Virus record (IMG/VR): IMGVR_UViG_2684623151_000005
Origin: an uncultured virus (IMG/VR IMGVR_UViG_2684623151_000005)
Taxonomy: Duplodnaviria > Heunggongvirae > Uroviricota > Caudoviricetes
DNA length: 64,000 bases
Reading direction: 5' to 3' (one strand)
In this document: in pieces, positions 21,167-31,951 of the stretch
Layout: each line of letters opens with the position of its first letter
Numbering within the stretch: position 1 is the stretch's first letter
Made by a program: the position numbers and the translations under genes
Notes under the pieces: model-generated
The model's input: the letters and a program-made list of their open reading frames with translations, nothing else
Databases searched by the model: none
Told to the model about the DNA's origin: nothing

Positions 21167-22777
21167 TTATAAAACCATATTAATAATGTCCTCTAATAAT
21201 GCCTCTCTTTCATCTGGTTGCTCTACTAAATTAACAACATTATCAATTATGGCCTCTTTAAAGTCAAGACCTTCATTATAAACTTCTATGGCATTAATAT
21301 ATCCTCTTACAGTAATAAACTCACTTGGCAAGTCTCCGTTTTTTACAGAGTTTAATATACCTTCAAATAAAGAATCACACCAATCAAATACTTCTTGAGG
21401 TGCATTAACTTGATTTTTTAATACTATAGATATTTTCTTAGGATATGATACTCTTATAGTTACAAATCTATCTTTTGTAGCTTCATTTAAATCAACTGTT
21501 CCTGAATAGTTTTCATTCATAGTTGATATTAAGCAGAAATTTTTATCTGCTTTAATTGCTTTATATCCAGGTACATTCAAAGCTCCTGACCAATCTGTTG
21601 CACTATGTAATAATGTTAATAACCCTGGATTTGCTGTATTAATTTCATCTAAGTTTAAAATACATCCATATTCCATAGCTATTGGCACTATACCTGGTTC
21701 AAACACTATATTCCCATTTTCAAGTTTTTGAGAACCTAAAAGGTCTAACTTATCAAGCTCTCTTGAAACTGATAATCTAAGCAATGGTCTATTGAATATC
21801 CAAGCTAATGTTTCAATAATTTTATTTTTTCCAGTTCCTTTATCTCCAACAATCCTTAAATGTTTAGAAATATTCATGTATAAAATATTTTTATTAATTA
21901 ATCCCAAATAATCATCATAATATGTATTTGGAGTTGGAATTAAACTTTTAAGATTTTCAGGATATTCCTTATAGCTCTCAAAAACCTTAACAATATGTCT
22001 TTCCTTGACATTATTATCAGTCAAATATTTAACAACCTGCAGACATTTCTCTTTAGTTGCAAAATTATTATTTACAACTTCCTCAATTATCTTATCAATA
22101 CTTTTAATTGCATTAGGATTTTTACAATCTTTAGCTTCTTTATTTTTTGAAACTAAAAGAATTGCTTTTATATTTTGTCCCTCTACCTCAACACAATTAA
22201 CAGCTATTTTTTCATAGCTATTTTTAACATAACTATATATTTTTGATTGTGTAGTTGTATCAAGCTTATTCAAATCACATATACCTATAGTTTCATTGTC
22301 TATTATACATGCAAAGTCTTTGTCATTTTGAATAGCCAAATACCCCTTTACATTGTTTCCATTGTTTATTGAATCAATTACTTCAATTTTTTTAGGATAT
22401 TTCTTATATGTCCCCTTAAAAATTAAAATGTATTCTTCTGAACCTATAAATTCTTTACCTTCATCCTCAACTTCAACCTCAATTAGAACCATAGTTCTTC
22501 CCATATATTGAGTTCCAAAGCTTTTTATAATACCTATAGACTCATCATTGAGGTCATCATATATTTCATGACCTGTCATTGGGCCAATTAAAGCATTTGC
22601 TTTATTTGTTATATACCCTTTAGTTCCATTTTCAGTAGTGACCAATAATGCCTTTGGGTCTTTACTGTTTGGACTCTTAACAATTTTAACTTTACTACCA
22701 ATATTATTTTTAATAAACATATCATTTTCTATCCATGATAATGCTGTTAATTCTACTTTTTTCATTTTTAACTCCAC
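21167..22777 (-). CDS. MoxR/CbbQ-type AAA+ ATPase with N-terminal HIRAN-like domain
   Basis: Walker A GDKGTGKN, Walker B LNLDEIN, TMNENYSG, DRF; N-terminal KSPNSKDPKALLV...GYI. Confidence 0.85.
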   Translation of the reverse strand: MELKMKKVELTALSWIENDMFIKNNIGSKVKIVKSPNSKDPKALLVTTENGTKGYITNKANALIGPMTGHEIYDDLNDESIGIIKSFGTQYMGRTMVLIEVEVEDEGKEFIGSEEYILIFKGTYKKYPKKIEVIDSINNGNNVKGYLAIQNDKDFACIIDNETIGICDLNKLDTTTQSKIYSYVKNSYEKIAVNCVEVEGQNIKAILLVSKNKEAKDCKNPNAIKSIDKIIEEVVNNNFATKEKCLQVVKYLTDNNVKERHIVKVFESYKEYPENLKSLIPTPNTYYDDYLGLINKNILYMNISKHLRIVGDKGTGKNKIIETLAWIFNRPLLRLSVSRELDKLDLLGSQKLENGNIVFEPGIVPIAMEYGCILNLDEINTANPGLLTLLHSATDWSGALNVPGYKAIKADKNFCLISTMNENYSGTVDLNEATKDRFVTIRVSYPKKISIVLKNQVNAPQEVFDWCDSLFEGILNSVKNGDLPSEFITVRGYINAIEVYNEGLDFKEAIIDNVVNLVEQPDEREALLEDIINMVL

Positions 22778-22870
22778 CTTTTAAATAAAATTTTAATTAC
22801 CTGTTTATCTTTTTATATTATAGTTTAAAAGCTCAAAAAAAATAAAACGAATTTTTAAAATTCGTTCTAT

Positions 22871-24271
22871 TTATATATTTTTGTATTTTTTACATTTTGA
22901 TAATATGCATTTTAGATAAAGTTCATAGACTAATTCTTTTGGAACATCTTTAGCAGTTCTTGCATTTGACTGCTTAAATGCTTGTTGTATTACAATATTA
23001 GCTTGTTTTGAAAACTCTTCATAATCCATACTCTCTAACATATCTCTATGACCTGCTTCAATCATATCATCTATACCTTTGCCAAAATGTTCATCCCAAA
23101 TAGCAATTTTCATATCAATATTTAAATCTTCTAATTTATCAATTACATTTAGTAATTGTTTAGTAACTTGAATATTATAAGCCATATCTGCATCAAAAGC
23201 CATCATTAAATGTTTTATTTTGAAATCTCCTTTTCCAACATATAGCTTATTTGTTAACTTACTATTCTTTTCAATATCTAAAATAGTATCTTTTAAATAT
23301 ATCCAATTGCCAACACCTTGAACAGATAAGGCAATTACTCCAAATTCTTCTGCTATAGCTCTCGCTTTAAATCTTCCTTCTGTGATAAATACAGTTGGGA
23401 GTTTAATTTTTTTTGGATATACTACATCAACAGCAATTTTAGCTGTTCTCCCCATATCCAAACCTTCATATTTATAAGCAAATGATGATGAGAACCATAT
23501 ATACCTTGTTTGATTTTCTTCCACCTTATCTCTTCTTATTTGAATACCTTCTATAATACCAAAAGCATTCTTTATACAAATACCTATACCTTTACTTTTG
23601 CTATTGCACCATTTATTTAGGTTTGTATCATAATAAAAACCTGGAATACCCTTGAGATTACTTACTGAAAAATCCTTTTTATACTTAGATATTTCAAAAA
23701 CTAACTTATCAACAATATCTTCAGAAGGTATTGAAAAGTATTCACTTGTTTCATCTTCAGAAAGTCCTCTATTCATTAGATAAGCTTTATGTTCTTCTTT
23801 TAGACCACAAATATATTTTAATGCTCTATATACTAAATCTATAATAACTTCATCCTGCCTATCTACTTCTTCTCTATAAGGAGTAACTTTCTTTTCTATT
23901 TTTTTAATTTTAACTCTTTTTATATTAAAATCATCACTATAGTATTCATCATATGTTGATTGATTTATAAGACCAAAATCTAATCCCATATTAACAATCG
24001 CATCATAATATTTACAATAACCTTTTATATGTTTATATAAGGCTATTGCATTTCCACCTTCCCCACAAGAGAAACATTTACAAATATTTTTTGAAGGTGA
24101 TATGGAAAAGCTACCAAGTCTATTATCATTATGAAATGGACATAATGATAAATAATTTCCATGAGAATATTTTAAGTTTAAATATTTACTTGCAACATCA
24201 ATAATATTTACATTCTCCAATATTTGTTGTGATAATTTTGACACAAACTCCTTTTTAAAATTTAAATCCAT
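22871..24271 (-). CDS. DNA primase (CHC2 zinc finger plus TOPRIM)
   Basis: CPFHND...CKCFSCGEGGN; ITEGRFKA, AFDAD, KGIDD; start at ATG with AGGAGTG RBS. Confidence 0.88.
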   Translation of the reverse strand: MDLNFKKEFVSKLSQQILENVNIIDVASKYLNLKYSHGNYLSLCPFHNDNRLGSFSISPSKNICKCFSCGEGGNAIALYKHIKGYCKYYDAIVNMGLDFGLINQSTYDEYYSDDFNIKRVKIKKIEKKVTPYREEVDRQDEVIIDLVYRALKYICGLKEEHKAYLMNRGLSEDETSEYFSIPSEDIVDKLVFEISKYKKDFSVSNLKGIPGFYYDTNLNKWCNSKSKGIGICIKNAFGIIEGIQIRRDKVEENQTRYIWFSSSFAYKYEGLDMGRTAKIAVDVVYPKKIKLPTVFITEGRFKARAIAEEFGVIALSVQGVGNWIYLKDTILDIEKNSKLTNKLYVGKGDFKIKHLMMAFDADMAYNIQVTKQLLNVIDKLEDLNIDMKIAIWDEHFGKGIDDMIEAGHRDMLESMDYEEFSKQANIVIQQAFKQSNARTAKDVPKELVYELYLKCILSKCKKYKNI

Positions 24272-24320
24272 AATAGTCACTCCTATAAAATAATGATTAG
24301 GGAATAAATAATTTAATAAA

Positions 24321-24779
24321 TTAAAATGGAATATCTGAATAATCACCCTCATCTTCAAAGTCATTACTTTTAGCTATATTTTTAGCCTCAAATGAAATAA
24401 CTTTTAAAGATGAAAATTGATTCCCTGATAACACAAAATTCTCAAATTTCCTTCCATCCTTTTCATAAATTTGTTTTGTTAAAATTCCACTCAGTATTAT
24501 TTCTTCCGAGTTTTTAATTAAATCAACTTTAGTGAAATCCCATAAATTCACCTTTATGAAACAAATATCTGAATATTCTTCATCTTTAGAATATTGTCCA
24601 GTCAAGTAACAATATTTGGCCTTTATATTTGAATTTGTTTTCAATGTAAATGTAAGAAGCGGCCTTCCATTTACAACTTTAGGTTCTACTTGAGAGAAGC
24701 CCCCCTTACAAACCTTTCCTGAAATACTTGCACTTATATTACCTTTTTCTGTTTTTACTAAGTTTACAAAATCATACAT
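24321..24779 (-). CDS. ssb: Single-stranded DNA-binding protein-like
   Basis: OB-fold-like pattern (FIKVNLW, ILSGILTKQIYEKDG), acidic tail ending DYSDIPF, upstream of primase. Confidence 0.7.
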   Translation of the reverse strand: MYDFVNLVKTEKGNISASISGKVCKGGFSQVEPKVVNGRPLLTFTLKTNSNIKAKYCYLTGQYSKDEEYSDICFIKVNLWDFTKVDLIKNSEEIILSGILTKQIYEKDGRKFENFVLSGNQFSSLKVISFEAKNIAKSNDFEDEGDYSDIPF

Positions 24780-24888
24780 AACTAATTTGTCCTCCTAATT
24801 AAATAAATTCAATCTTATTCCCTGTAATTTTTATTAATATATATTACTTATGAATCATAATCATTATAACTATTTAATTAGACAAAAG

Positions 24889-25578
24889 TCAAAAGTAGTT
24901 TTTTTCTATCTCTTCTTCAAGTAAATTAGCTTTATCTTCCTTTAAACCAACAGATTCTATAATTTTCTTTAAGATATTTTTTTTACAAGTTAATGTTTTT
25001 GCTTCAACATTCAATAAAACATCAAAAAAAATCAATTCAGACAAAAGAATTGTTTTATTAAAACTCATAAGTATATCTTTATTTTTCAAGAATTTATAAC
25101 ATTGAAATATATCATTGCTAATATCATCTTCATTAATAAATTTACTAACAATATGTTTTACTCTATTTATATCATCCTTTAAAAAAGCACATTTAGAATT
25201 ATTGCAAATAGGATTAATTGATAAGTTTTTATTAAATTTAACAAGAATATAACTTATTTCATTAGCTAAATCCAACAATTCATAATTGTTTATTAATTTA
25301 ATATTATCAATAACCTCATCAATATCTTTTTCTATTATTTTCATACCATAATTATTTAAGTTTTCTTTTTGAATAATTAATATCAATAATAACCAAATCT
25401 TTTTCTTACTTAAGCCTTTGTGCTTAAAAATCGAATAATTTAAATACGCATTTATATTAGAAAAATTCCCTAAATGATTATTAGTAATATTTCTATAAAA
25501 TGCGAATGCTATCATATTTACAATTTCATTTTTACTTTTATTTTCTATATCTTTTGGTATATCCCCTACAAATTTCAT
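24889..25578 (-). CDS. Hypothetical protein
   Basis: 229-aa ORF with GGAG RBS. Confidence 0.6.
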   Translation of the reverse strand: MKFVGDIPKDIENKSKNEIVNMIAFAFYRNITNNHLGNFSNINAYLNYSIFKHKGLSKKKIWLLLILIIQKENLNNYGMKIIEKDIDEVIDNIKLINNYELLDLANEISYILVKFNKNLSINPICNNSKCAFLKDDINRVKHIVSKFINEDDISNDIFQCYKFLKNKDILMSFNKTILLSELIFFDVLLNVEAKTLTCKKNILKKIIESVGLKEDKANLLEEEIEKNYF

Positions 25579-25639
25579 ATAATTTAAATCTCCAACTTAT
25601 ATTATTTAGATAAAAAAAAGGGGAATAAATTCCCCCTTA

Positions 25640-26692
25640 TTATTTAGTAACTGGCATATAAATAGTATCTGCTCCTATATCCTTTATAGAATATGCAGTT
25701 AATCCAGTTTCTGCTGAAATTACTTCTAAATCATTGTCTGTTTTATTGTACAAATAACTATCTATTCCAACAGCATGTTTATCTATTTTTATATTATTGT
25801 TAATATTTGTAGAAGATAACACTTTGTTGTCATCAGTTGAACTTATACTTTCCAAAGTTTTACTTCCATTGTTATCTACAATTGCCATAAATGATGTTCC
25901 ATCTTTATCAGCATTTATTCCTTCCACATCTTTATTTTCAAACTTTATTAAATTATCAATTAATAAATTAGATGGATTAGCTTTCAACACTAATGAATGA
26001 TTCAATCCACTACCAAACTTGTTAAATATCAATAGTTTATTGTTACTGATATCAAATCCAGTTGTCTTATCACCTACATCTATACCATTAATTTTTGAAT
26101 TAGATACATTAATAACACTTATATCATTGTTATTAGAGTAGATTAACATTTCATCTTTGACTGTCCATTTTTCAGCTTCTTTATCCAAGCCATATTCCTT
26201 TGATTTTCCATTGTCTAAAGTTACACTTATGAATGACTTATTATCATTTTTCATTATGTACAAGTAATTATTATCATTCTTCATTTCTTTTATATCATTA
26301 AAATTCAAGTTATTTAATGTTGCTAATTCTGAAACTTTTATCTTTTTATCAACTTCTTCTATTTTAAATAATTTTGAAGTATTAGAGTCAATAGCAATTA
26401 CTTGATTATATTTGTTGGAAATAGAATACTTATATTCTCCGTTTGGTAATGAAGCTTTATCAACGTTCTCACCATTTATGACTCTTAAAAGATTTATATT
26501 TCCTTTTTTATCAGCAGTAATCATAAAATCAACTAATTTTTTGTCTTTATCAACTAACTTTTGAATATTAGCTTGTGGTTTAAACAAATGTTTATATAAA
26601 AAATATCCACCAATACATACAAATGCAATAAGTCCTGAAGCCATTGCTATATTAACAAGTTTCTCTTTTCTTTTATCATCTTTATAAGACAT
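25640..26692 (-). CDS. Membrane-anchored extracellular protein (beta-propeller-like)
   Basis: Single N-terminal TM helix; repetitive beta-strand pattern. Confidence 0.6.
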   Translation of the reverse strand: MSYKDDKRKEKLVNIAMASGLIAFVCIGGYFLYKHLFKPQANIQKLVDKDKKLVDFMITADKKGNINLLRVINGENVDKASLPNGEYKYSISNKYNQVIAIDSNTSKLFKIEEVDKKIKVSELATLNNLNFNDIKEMKNDNNYLYIMKNDNKSFISVTLDNGKSKEYGLDKEAEKWTVKDEMLIYSNNNDISVINVSNSKINGIDVGDKTTGFDISNNKLLIFNKFGSGLNHSLVLKANPSNLLIDNLIKFENKDVEGINADKDGTSFMAIVDNNGSKTLESISSTDDNKVLSSTNINNNIKIDKHAVGIDSYLYNKTDNDLEVISAETGLTAYSIKDIGADTIYMPVTK

Positions 26693-26767
26693 ATAATTAC
26701 CTCCATTTTTTATTTATATTAATTATATTCATTTGGAAAATTTTTTATAAAAGTTGTTTATATAACT

Positions 26768-27592
26768 TTAATCAACTTCTACATATTCACCAAATTCTTT
26801 TAATATAAATTTTTTTATAGAACTATTCTTAATAAATATTTTCTTACACTTTAATAAAATTATTAACTCTATTATTTTATATGCCAGTACTTCTTCTTCT
26901 ATTGAGCTAATGTTAAATTTTGATGTATCTAAAGAATATCCAATATCTTTTTTACAATCATTTAGATTAAATAGAACATTATTAATTCCTTTATAAAATA
27001 TTTCATTATCATTAAACACAATCTCTATAATTTGAAAATTTTTTATATCCACCCCATTTATAGATAGATATTTATTTATTTTTTCATCTATTATCTCTTC
27101 TTCTTTTTCTCTTACTTCTAATTTACGCTTTAATATAAGTTTATTTTTATCTATTTCTAATGTTTTTAAAAATATAGATGCCTGTATAAAATTAGCTATA
27201 TCTATATAATCCTTAATTACACTTTCAGGTATATTAAAAAACAGATAAGACTGAATATTTATATAATTATTATTTAACAAATATGTTGTAAGATTTGCTT
27301 TTAAAATAACAGAATTATATAATGATATGCTCTGAATATGTAATTTTAATTCGGACTTTAATTCTTCATATATTTTTTCTACTTTTATTCTCTTAGATAA
27401 TATTTCATTCAAAACAATATCTAAGAAAATCTCAATTAAATCATTTTTTAATTCTATAATATTACTTATATTCTTTATATATAAATGACTAATCTTTTCT
27501 TCATCTGTAATTAAGTTTAAATTATATTTATCTATAAAATCATCAAAATAACTTTCAAAGTTTGTTATATTAATAGTTAAATCACTATTCAT
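26768..27592 (-). CDS. Hypothetical protein, weak YtxC-like resemblance
   Basis: YLLNNNYINIQSYLFFNI segment; AGGAGG RBS. Confidence 0.4.
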   Translation of the reverse strand: MNSDLTINITNFESYFDDFIDKYNLNLITDEEKISHLYIKNISNIIELKNDLIEIFLDIVLNEILSKRIKVEKIYEELKSELKLHIQSISLYNSVILKANLTTYLLNNNYINIQSYLFFNIPESVIKDYIDIANFIQASIFLKTLEIDKNKLILKRKLEVREKEEEIIDEKINKYLSINGVDIKNFQIIEIVFNDNEIFYKGINNVLFNLNDCKKDIGYSLDTSKFNISSIEEEVLAYKIIELIILLKCKKIFIKNSSIKKFILKEFGEYVEVD

Positions 27593-27888
27593 TTAATAAG
27601 CCTCCTAATTTCTTATTAATTTAATTACTTATAAGTATAAAATACAATTCACTTTTGTCAAAGAAGTAAACTTCATGAATAAGCCACGCCCCTAAAATTC
27701 TATATAAACACGCTTTAAAGCAACCTTTAAATCCCAAAATTTAACCTTGTAATATTCTGTTGACAAAAGTCAAAACATATTATATTATGTATGTAAATTA
27801 AAGTTATATTTTAAAATATAGTAAAATATAATATTGTAAATGGTATTAAATACTATTTATATTTTTCTAATTTTAGGAGGATTCTTAC

Positions 27889-28566
27889 ATGGGAATATTA
27901 TCAAGAATAGCTTTAATTACTAAAGCTAAAGTAAACAAAGTATTAGATGAAAAAGAAGATGAAATTGAATTAGTAAATCAAAGAATAATAGAACTAAATA
28001 CTGTATATTCAGAATTAAGAAATGCTACAGCAACTATGCTTGGAAATCAGAAACAATTAGAAAATGAATTAGCAGTAAAGAAACAAAAAGTTGATGAATT
28101 AGAGAAATCTATACAAGCAGAAATATTAAATAATAATGATGAAGTAGCTGAAAAGCTTTTTGAAGGCAAAGAACAATATGAAGCAGAGATAAATTCATTA
28201 CAAAATAGAATTAAATTAGGATTAACTCAATGCGAAAATGCTAAGAAAAATTTAAAGCAAATAAAAGAAAACATAGATTTATTAGAAAGAAAGAAAGTTG
28301 AATATGCATCAAGAATTGCTACTGCAGAAGCTAAAATAAACTTTGATAAAGCTCTTTCAAATATTGATGGTAAAAATCTAAATTTAGATTCTTTAGAGCA
28401 AAAGATTTTATCAAAAGAAGCTACTGCATTAGGATTAGAAGATTTAGATGCAGAGGAAAAGAATAATAATTTTGTTGAAGATTATCTTAACGGAAACAAA
28501 TCTACTAAAAGTACTAAAAGTGACTTTGCAAAATACAAAGAGCAACTATTAAAAAATAATAATTAA
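27889..28566 (+). CDS. pspA: PspA/IM30-family protein
   Basis: MGILSRIALITKAKVNKVLDEKED N-terminus, long coiled coil. Confidence 0.85.
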   Translation: MGILSRIALITKAKVNKVLDEKEDEIELVNQRIIELNTVYSELRNATATMLGNQKQLENELAVKKQKVDELEKSIQAEILNNNDEVAEKLFEGKEQYEAEINSLQNRIKLGLTQCENAKKNLKQIKENIDLLERKKVEYASRIATAEAKINFDKALSNIDGKNLNLDSLEQKILSKEATALGLEDLDAEEKNNNFVEDYLNGNKSTKSTKSDFAKYKEQLLKNNN

Positions 28567-28651
28567 GAAAATAACTAATTTAATACAATAAATTTTAGTC
28601 CCTCTAAGGGACTATTATTTTTTAAACTTTCAATAATGAGGTAATTAATAA

Positions 28652-29317
28652 ATGAATAAAATTAAGAATTTTACAGATGAAGAACTAAAGAAGTACAGCT
28701 CTTTATTAAACAACTTAACCCTAAACTCTTCTGATTACATGTTTATAGAAGATATTGCAGAAGGAAGATTCTTTTTTAAAATGCTTCCAACTCTCCAAGA
28801 TTACTTAAAAAAGATAGAAGAAATCAATATTAAAGCTGATGGTACTGGAATATTGGAAATATTTAAAAGCGATGAAAAATACAAAGAAGAACTACTAAAC
28901 TATAAAAAAACAATACTTCATAATTTAAATAGATTAGAAAATTGTAATAAATGTATATGTTCTAAATGTAATTTAAAATGTCCATTCAAACCAAGTGGTT
29001 GCATAGAGTGCAAACCAAATAAAAGGATTGTAGCCTGTGATAAAGAAAGATATGTCTTTTACAAGAGCGAAGAACAATTAAAACTGTGTGATAACGACAA
29101 AAATGATAAAGAGACTATATTCTATATAGTAGCTGAACTTCATGATAGATTAGATGGTAAAAAATATATTTACTTAAAAGAAGTTGGTAATGATGAAAAT
29201 GAACAATTACTTGAATTTAAAATTAAAATAAATGGAGATATTGAGTATCTTTCGTTGGAAACTGAAGAAAGAATAGATGAAATATATAACATATATGTAA
29301 AACATAATTTTATTTAA
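28652..29317 (+). CDS. Cys-rich hypothetical protein (DUF1292-like C-terminus)
   Basis: CNKCICSKCNLKCPF...CIEC cluster; acidic C-terminal domain. Confidence 0.55.
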   Translation: MNKIKNFTDEELKKYSSLLNNLTLNSSDYMFIEDIAEGRFFFKMLPTLQDYLKKIEEINIKADGTGILEIFKSDEKYKEELLNYKKTILHNLNRLENCNKCICSKCNLKCPFKPSGCIECKPNKRIVACDKERYVFYKSEEQLKLCDNDKNDKETIFYIVAELHDRLDGKKYIYLKEVGNDENEQLLEFKIKINGDIEYLSLETEERIDEIYNIYVKHNFI

Positions 29318-29376
29318 GATATTGGGAGTATTTATAGCTCCCAATATTGAAAAGGAAAGTAGGTGTTTATAAGATT

Positions 29377-29475
29377 ATGCAAAAAGAAAATAATAAAATT
29401 TATATAAATATAGTAATAAAACTTATAAGTCTTATTATACTAATAGCTATATATTTTATAGCAAAAAAAGCATAG
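29377..29475 (+). CDS. 32-aa single-TM peptide (not in ORF track)
   Basis: MQKENNKIYINIVIKLISLIILIAIYFIAKKA; purine-rich AAGGAAAGTAGGTG upstream; terminator follows. Confidence 0.55.
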   Translation: MQKENNKIYINIVIKLISLIILIAIYFIAKKA

Positions 29476-29504
29476 ATTAAACAAAGTTATCTATGCTTTT
29501 ATAA

Positions 29505-30839
29505 TTATTCTTCATCAAAATTTATATCAGCTAATGTTATGTAATTAACTTGCTCTCTACATTGCTTTATATCATTTCTTCTTTGAATGAATTTTGGTAA
29601 AGAATCAACTACCTTTAGTTGATTAATCATATCTTTATCTTTTTTAGATAATTCTTCATTATCAACATTAACCTGTTCATCTTTCTTATTATTTATTTCA
29701 TTGTTCTCTATTTCTGTTTCCTTTTCTATTTCTTCTTTTACTTCTTCGTGAACCCCAAAACCAAAAGAAATACCTGGGTTTAATAGAAAATCAGAATTAT
29801 CTTTTTCAATATTTTCATCAATTGCTATGTCCTTATTATCAGTATTTATAATTAAATTCAACAATTTCTTTTGATTCTCTATTTTTAAAGCTTTATCATG
29901 CATTCTTTTTATTTTACCTAAAGCCTTTTTTCTAAAACTTTTAGATTTTTTTCTTATTAAATCTAATTCTTCTCTATCAATATACTTAAAATAACCAAAA
30001 TTATTTTTCTTTTCTGAAGAACCTACAGCTTCATAAATAAAAGAATTTTTAGAACCTATATAAAATTTACTTATATCATATGAATAAAATATATTCTGAA
30101 AATGTTCAACATCATACTTTGAAATATTGTAAAACAAAAATATATTACTCACATATGGTTCTATATCAGAACTGTAGTTTTCGAATTCTTTTATAGAATT
30201 TGAAAATAAATATGTACCTATATTATATTCCTTACCTCTCCCCATAAGTTGAGTTATATCCTTTTCATAAAGATATGCATCATCTATATATAAAAAATGA
30301 GGAGTCTTCCCTGTTTCCTGTATATCAGTCATATCTATTTTCAATTGGTTTAATATCATTGACACTATCTTTTTGGAAAATAAATTATATTTTAAATAGT
30401 CTATATTAACTATAACAATCATTTTATTTTTTATTGCTTTTTTATAATCTATAACATCGCTTTTTATAAAATCATAATCATAACAAGATAAATTCATAAA
30501 ATTATAAAGATAAGGTACATCCATATAAGGATTTATAAAATGAACTTTTCTCTTATTTATTTTAGCTAAAGCAAATATATCAAATGCTACTTCTTCATTG
30601 TTAACTACAATTGTAGCCCCACAGTTTGGATTTTCAATATCTGCTTTAACTAAATTCATTAAAACCTTAGATGTTTTCCCTACACCATTTTTACCGATAA
30701 ATATCGAGTTTAAATATCTATTTTTATCTTGAAGATAAACATATTTTTTATTTGAACTTTCACCAACTATTTGAATAAAAGATTCATTAAGTAACTCTTT
30801 ATCATAAACCTCTTTATTTATATCCATTAAGTTAATCAT
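29505..30839 (-). CDS. Degenerate VirD4/TraG-like coupling-protein paralog
   Basis: IFIGKNGVGKT Walker A, HFLYIDDA Walker B variant, GKEYNIG; no TM segments. Confidence 0.65.
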   Translation of the reverse strand: MINLMDINKEVYDKELLNESFIQIVGESSNKKYVYLQDKNRYLNSIFIGKNGVGKTSKVLMNLVKADIENPNCGATIVVNNEEVAFDIFALAKINKRKVHFINPYMDVPYLYNFMNLSCYDYDFIKSDVIDYKKAIKNKMIVIVNIDYLKYNLFSKKIVSMILNQLKIDMTDIQETGKTPHFLYIDDAYLYEKDITQLMGRGKEYNIGTYLFSNSIKEFENYSSDIEPYVSNIFLFYNISKYDVEHFQNIFYSYDISKFYIGSKNSFIYEAVGSSEKKNNFGYFKYIDREELDLIRKKSKSFRKKALGKIKRMHDKALKIENQKKLLNLIINTDNKDIAIDENIEKDNSDFLLNPGISFGFGVHEEVKEEIEKETEIENNEINNKKDEQVNVDNEELSKKDKDMINQLKVVDSLPKFIQRRNDIKQCREQVNYITLADINFDEE

Positions 30840-31139
30840 TCTCCTTTCATACTTTTTTATATTTTATTAATTTTATCAAAAAAAAATAAAAAAAACTTCT
30901 CAAGAACCACCAAGAGAAGTTTTTGGGAGAAACACTACTACATTTTAAAGTAGTAATCATGAAAAATGCTCCCCATCATTATTCACTTTATTATTTTAAA
31001 AGCATTGTGCTTCCCTATTTTTTATATATTTTATTTTTTTTAATACAAAATTATAACTTTTTTTTTAAAATAAATTTAAGTGCATATTATAAAATATATG
31101 AACAAAGGAATTTATTGAATTAATAAATAATTTAAAGAG

Positions 31140-31502
31140 GTGGCTAAAATGAGAGAGGATTTAAACAAATTATTAAAAAAAAATATAGAATTTCAAGACT
31201 ATATATTCAATTTAAACGATATACTGTCTTGTGAATACAAGTATAGACAAGATGGATTTCCCCTTAAAGGAAAGATAATAACATTAAATAGTTATGAAAT
31301 AATAAATATTGTAACCAAATTTGCTAATGATTCAGAAATACAATCATTAGTAAAATACACAAAAAACGAAAATGGATTAAACCCCAAAAATCTAAAACAA
31401 CTACTAAAAACTTTAGCTGTAAATATAATAAAATATGGATATTTATCTAACTGTATAAAAACATTAGATGAATTAAAAGCAAATAAAAGAACTACTAAAT
31501 AA
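31140..31502 (+). CDS. Hypothetical protein
   Basis: 120-aa ORF; start uncertain (ATG 31149 has GAGGTGG RBS). Confidence 0.55.
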   Translation: MAKMREDLNKLLKKNIEFQDYIFNLNDILSCEYKYRQDGFPLKGKIITLNSYEIINIVTKFANDSEIQSLVKYTKNENGLNPKNLKQLLKTLAVNIIKYGYLSNCIKTLDELKANKRTTK

Positions 31503-31538
31503 CTTAGCAGTTCTTTTTTGTTTTTATGATTATTATAT

Positions 31539-31805
31539 TTATTTTAAAATAAATTTTTTAGCATATGTTTCTGAAATAAACTCTAAAAATTTATTAAGTG
31601 AATTTACATTAAACTTTGAAGCTACTAAGACTTTCTGCAAATCTATTAATTGCTTCTTATTAGCTGTTTTTAAAAAAGCATCTAAAACTTCTAAATTAGT
31701 AACTACTTTACCACTCTTTAAAGGAAATACAACCTCTTTAATATTCATTTTATTTAATAAATTTTCTAAAAACTTGTTTTTACATTCAAACTCCATATAA
31801 ATCAA
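31539..31805 (-). CDS. Hypothetical protein
   Basis: 88-aa ORF with AAGGAG RBS. Confidence 0.55.
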   Translation of the reverse strand: MIYMEFECKNKFLENLLNKMNIKEVVFPLKSGKVVTNLEVLDAFLKTANKKQLIDLQKVLVASKFNVNSLNKFLEFISETYAKKFILK

Positions 31806-31951
31806 AAATTACTCCTTTTTATTTATTATTTATTTATTATATAGCCTTAACTATATCTTTATAATTCATATTGCTATATATATGCCTATTACATTTATAT
31901 TTAAGTCATATCATATATATATTAAATTATACAGAAAGGAGAACTTTAGAT

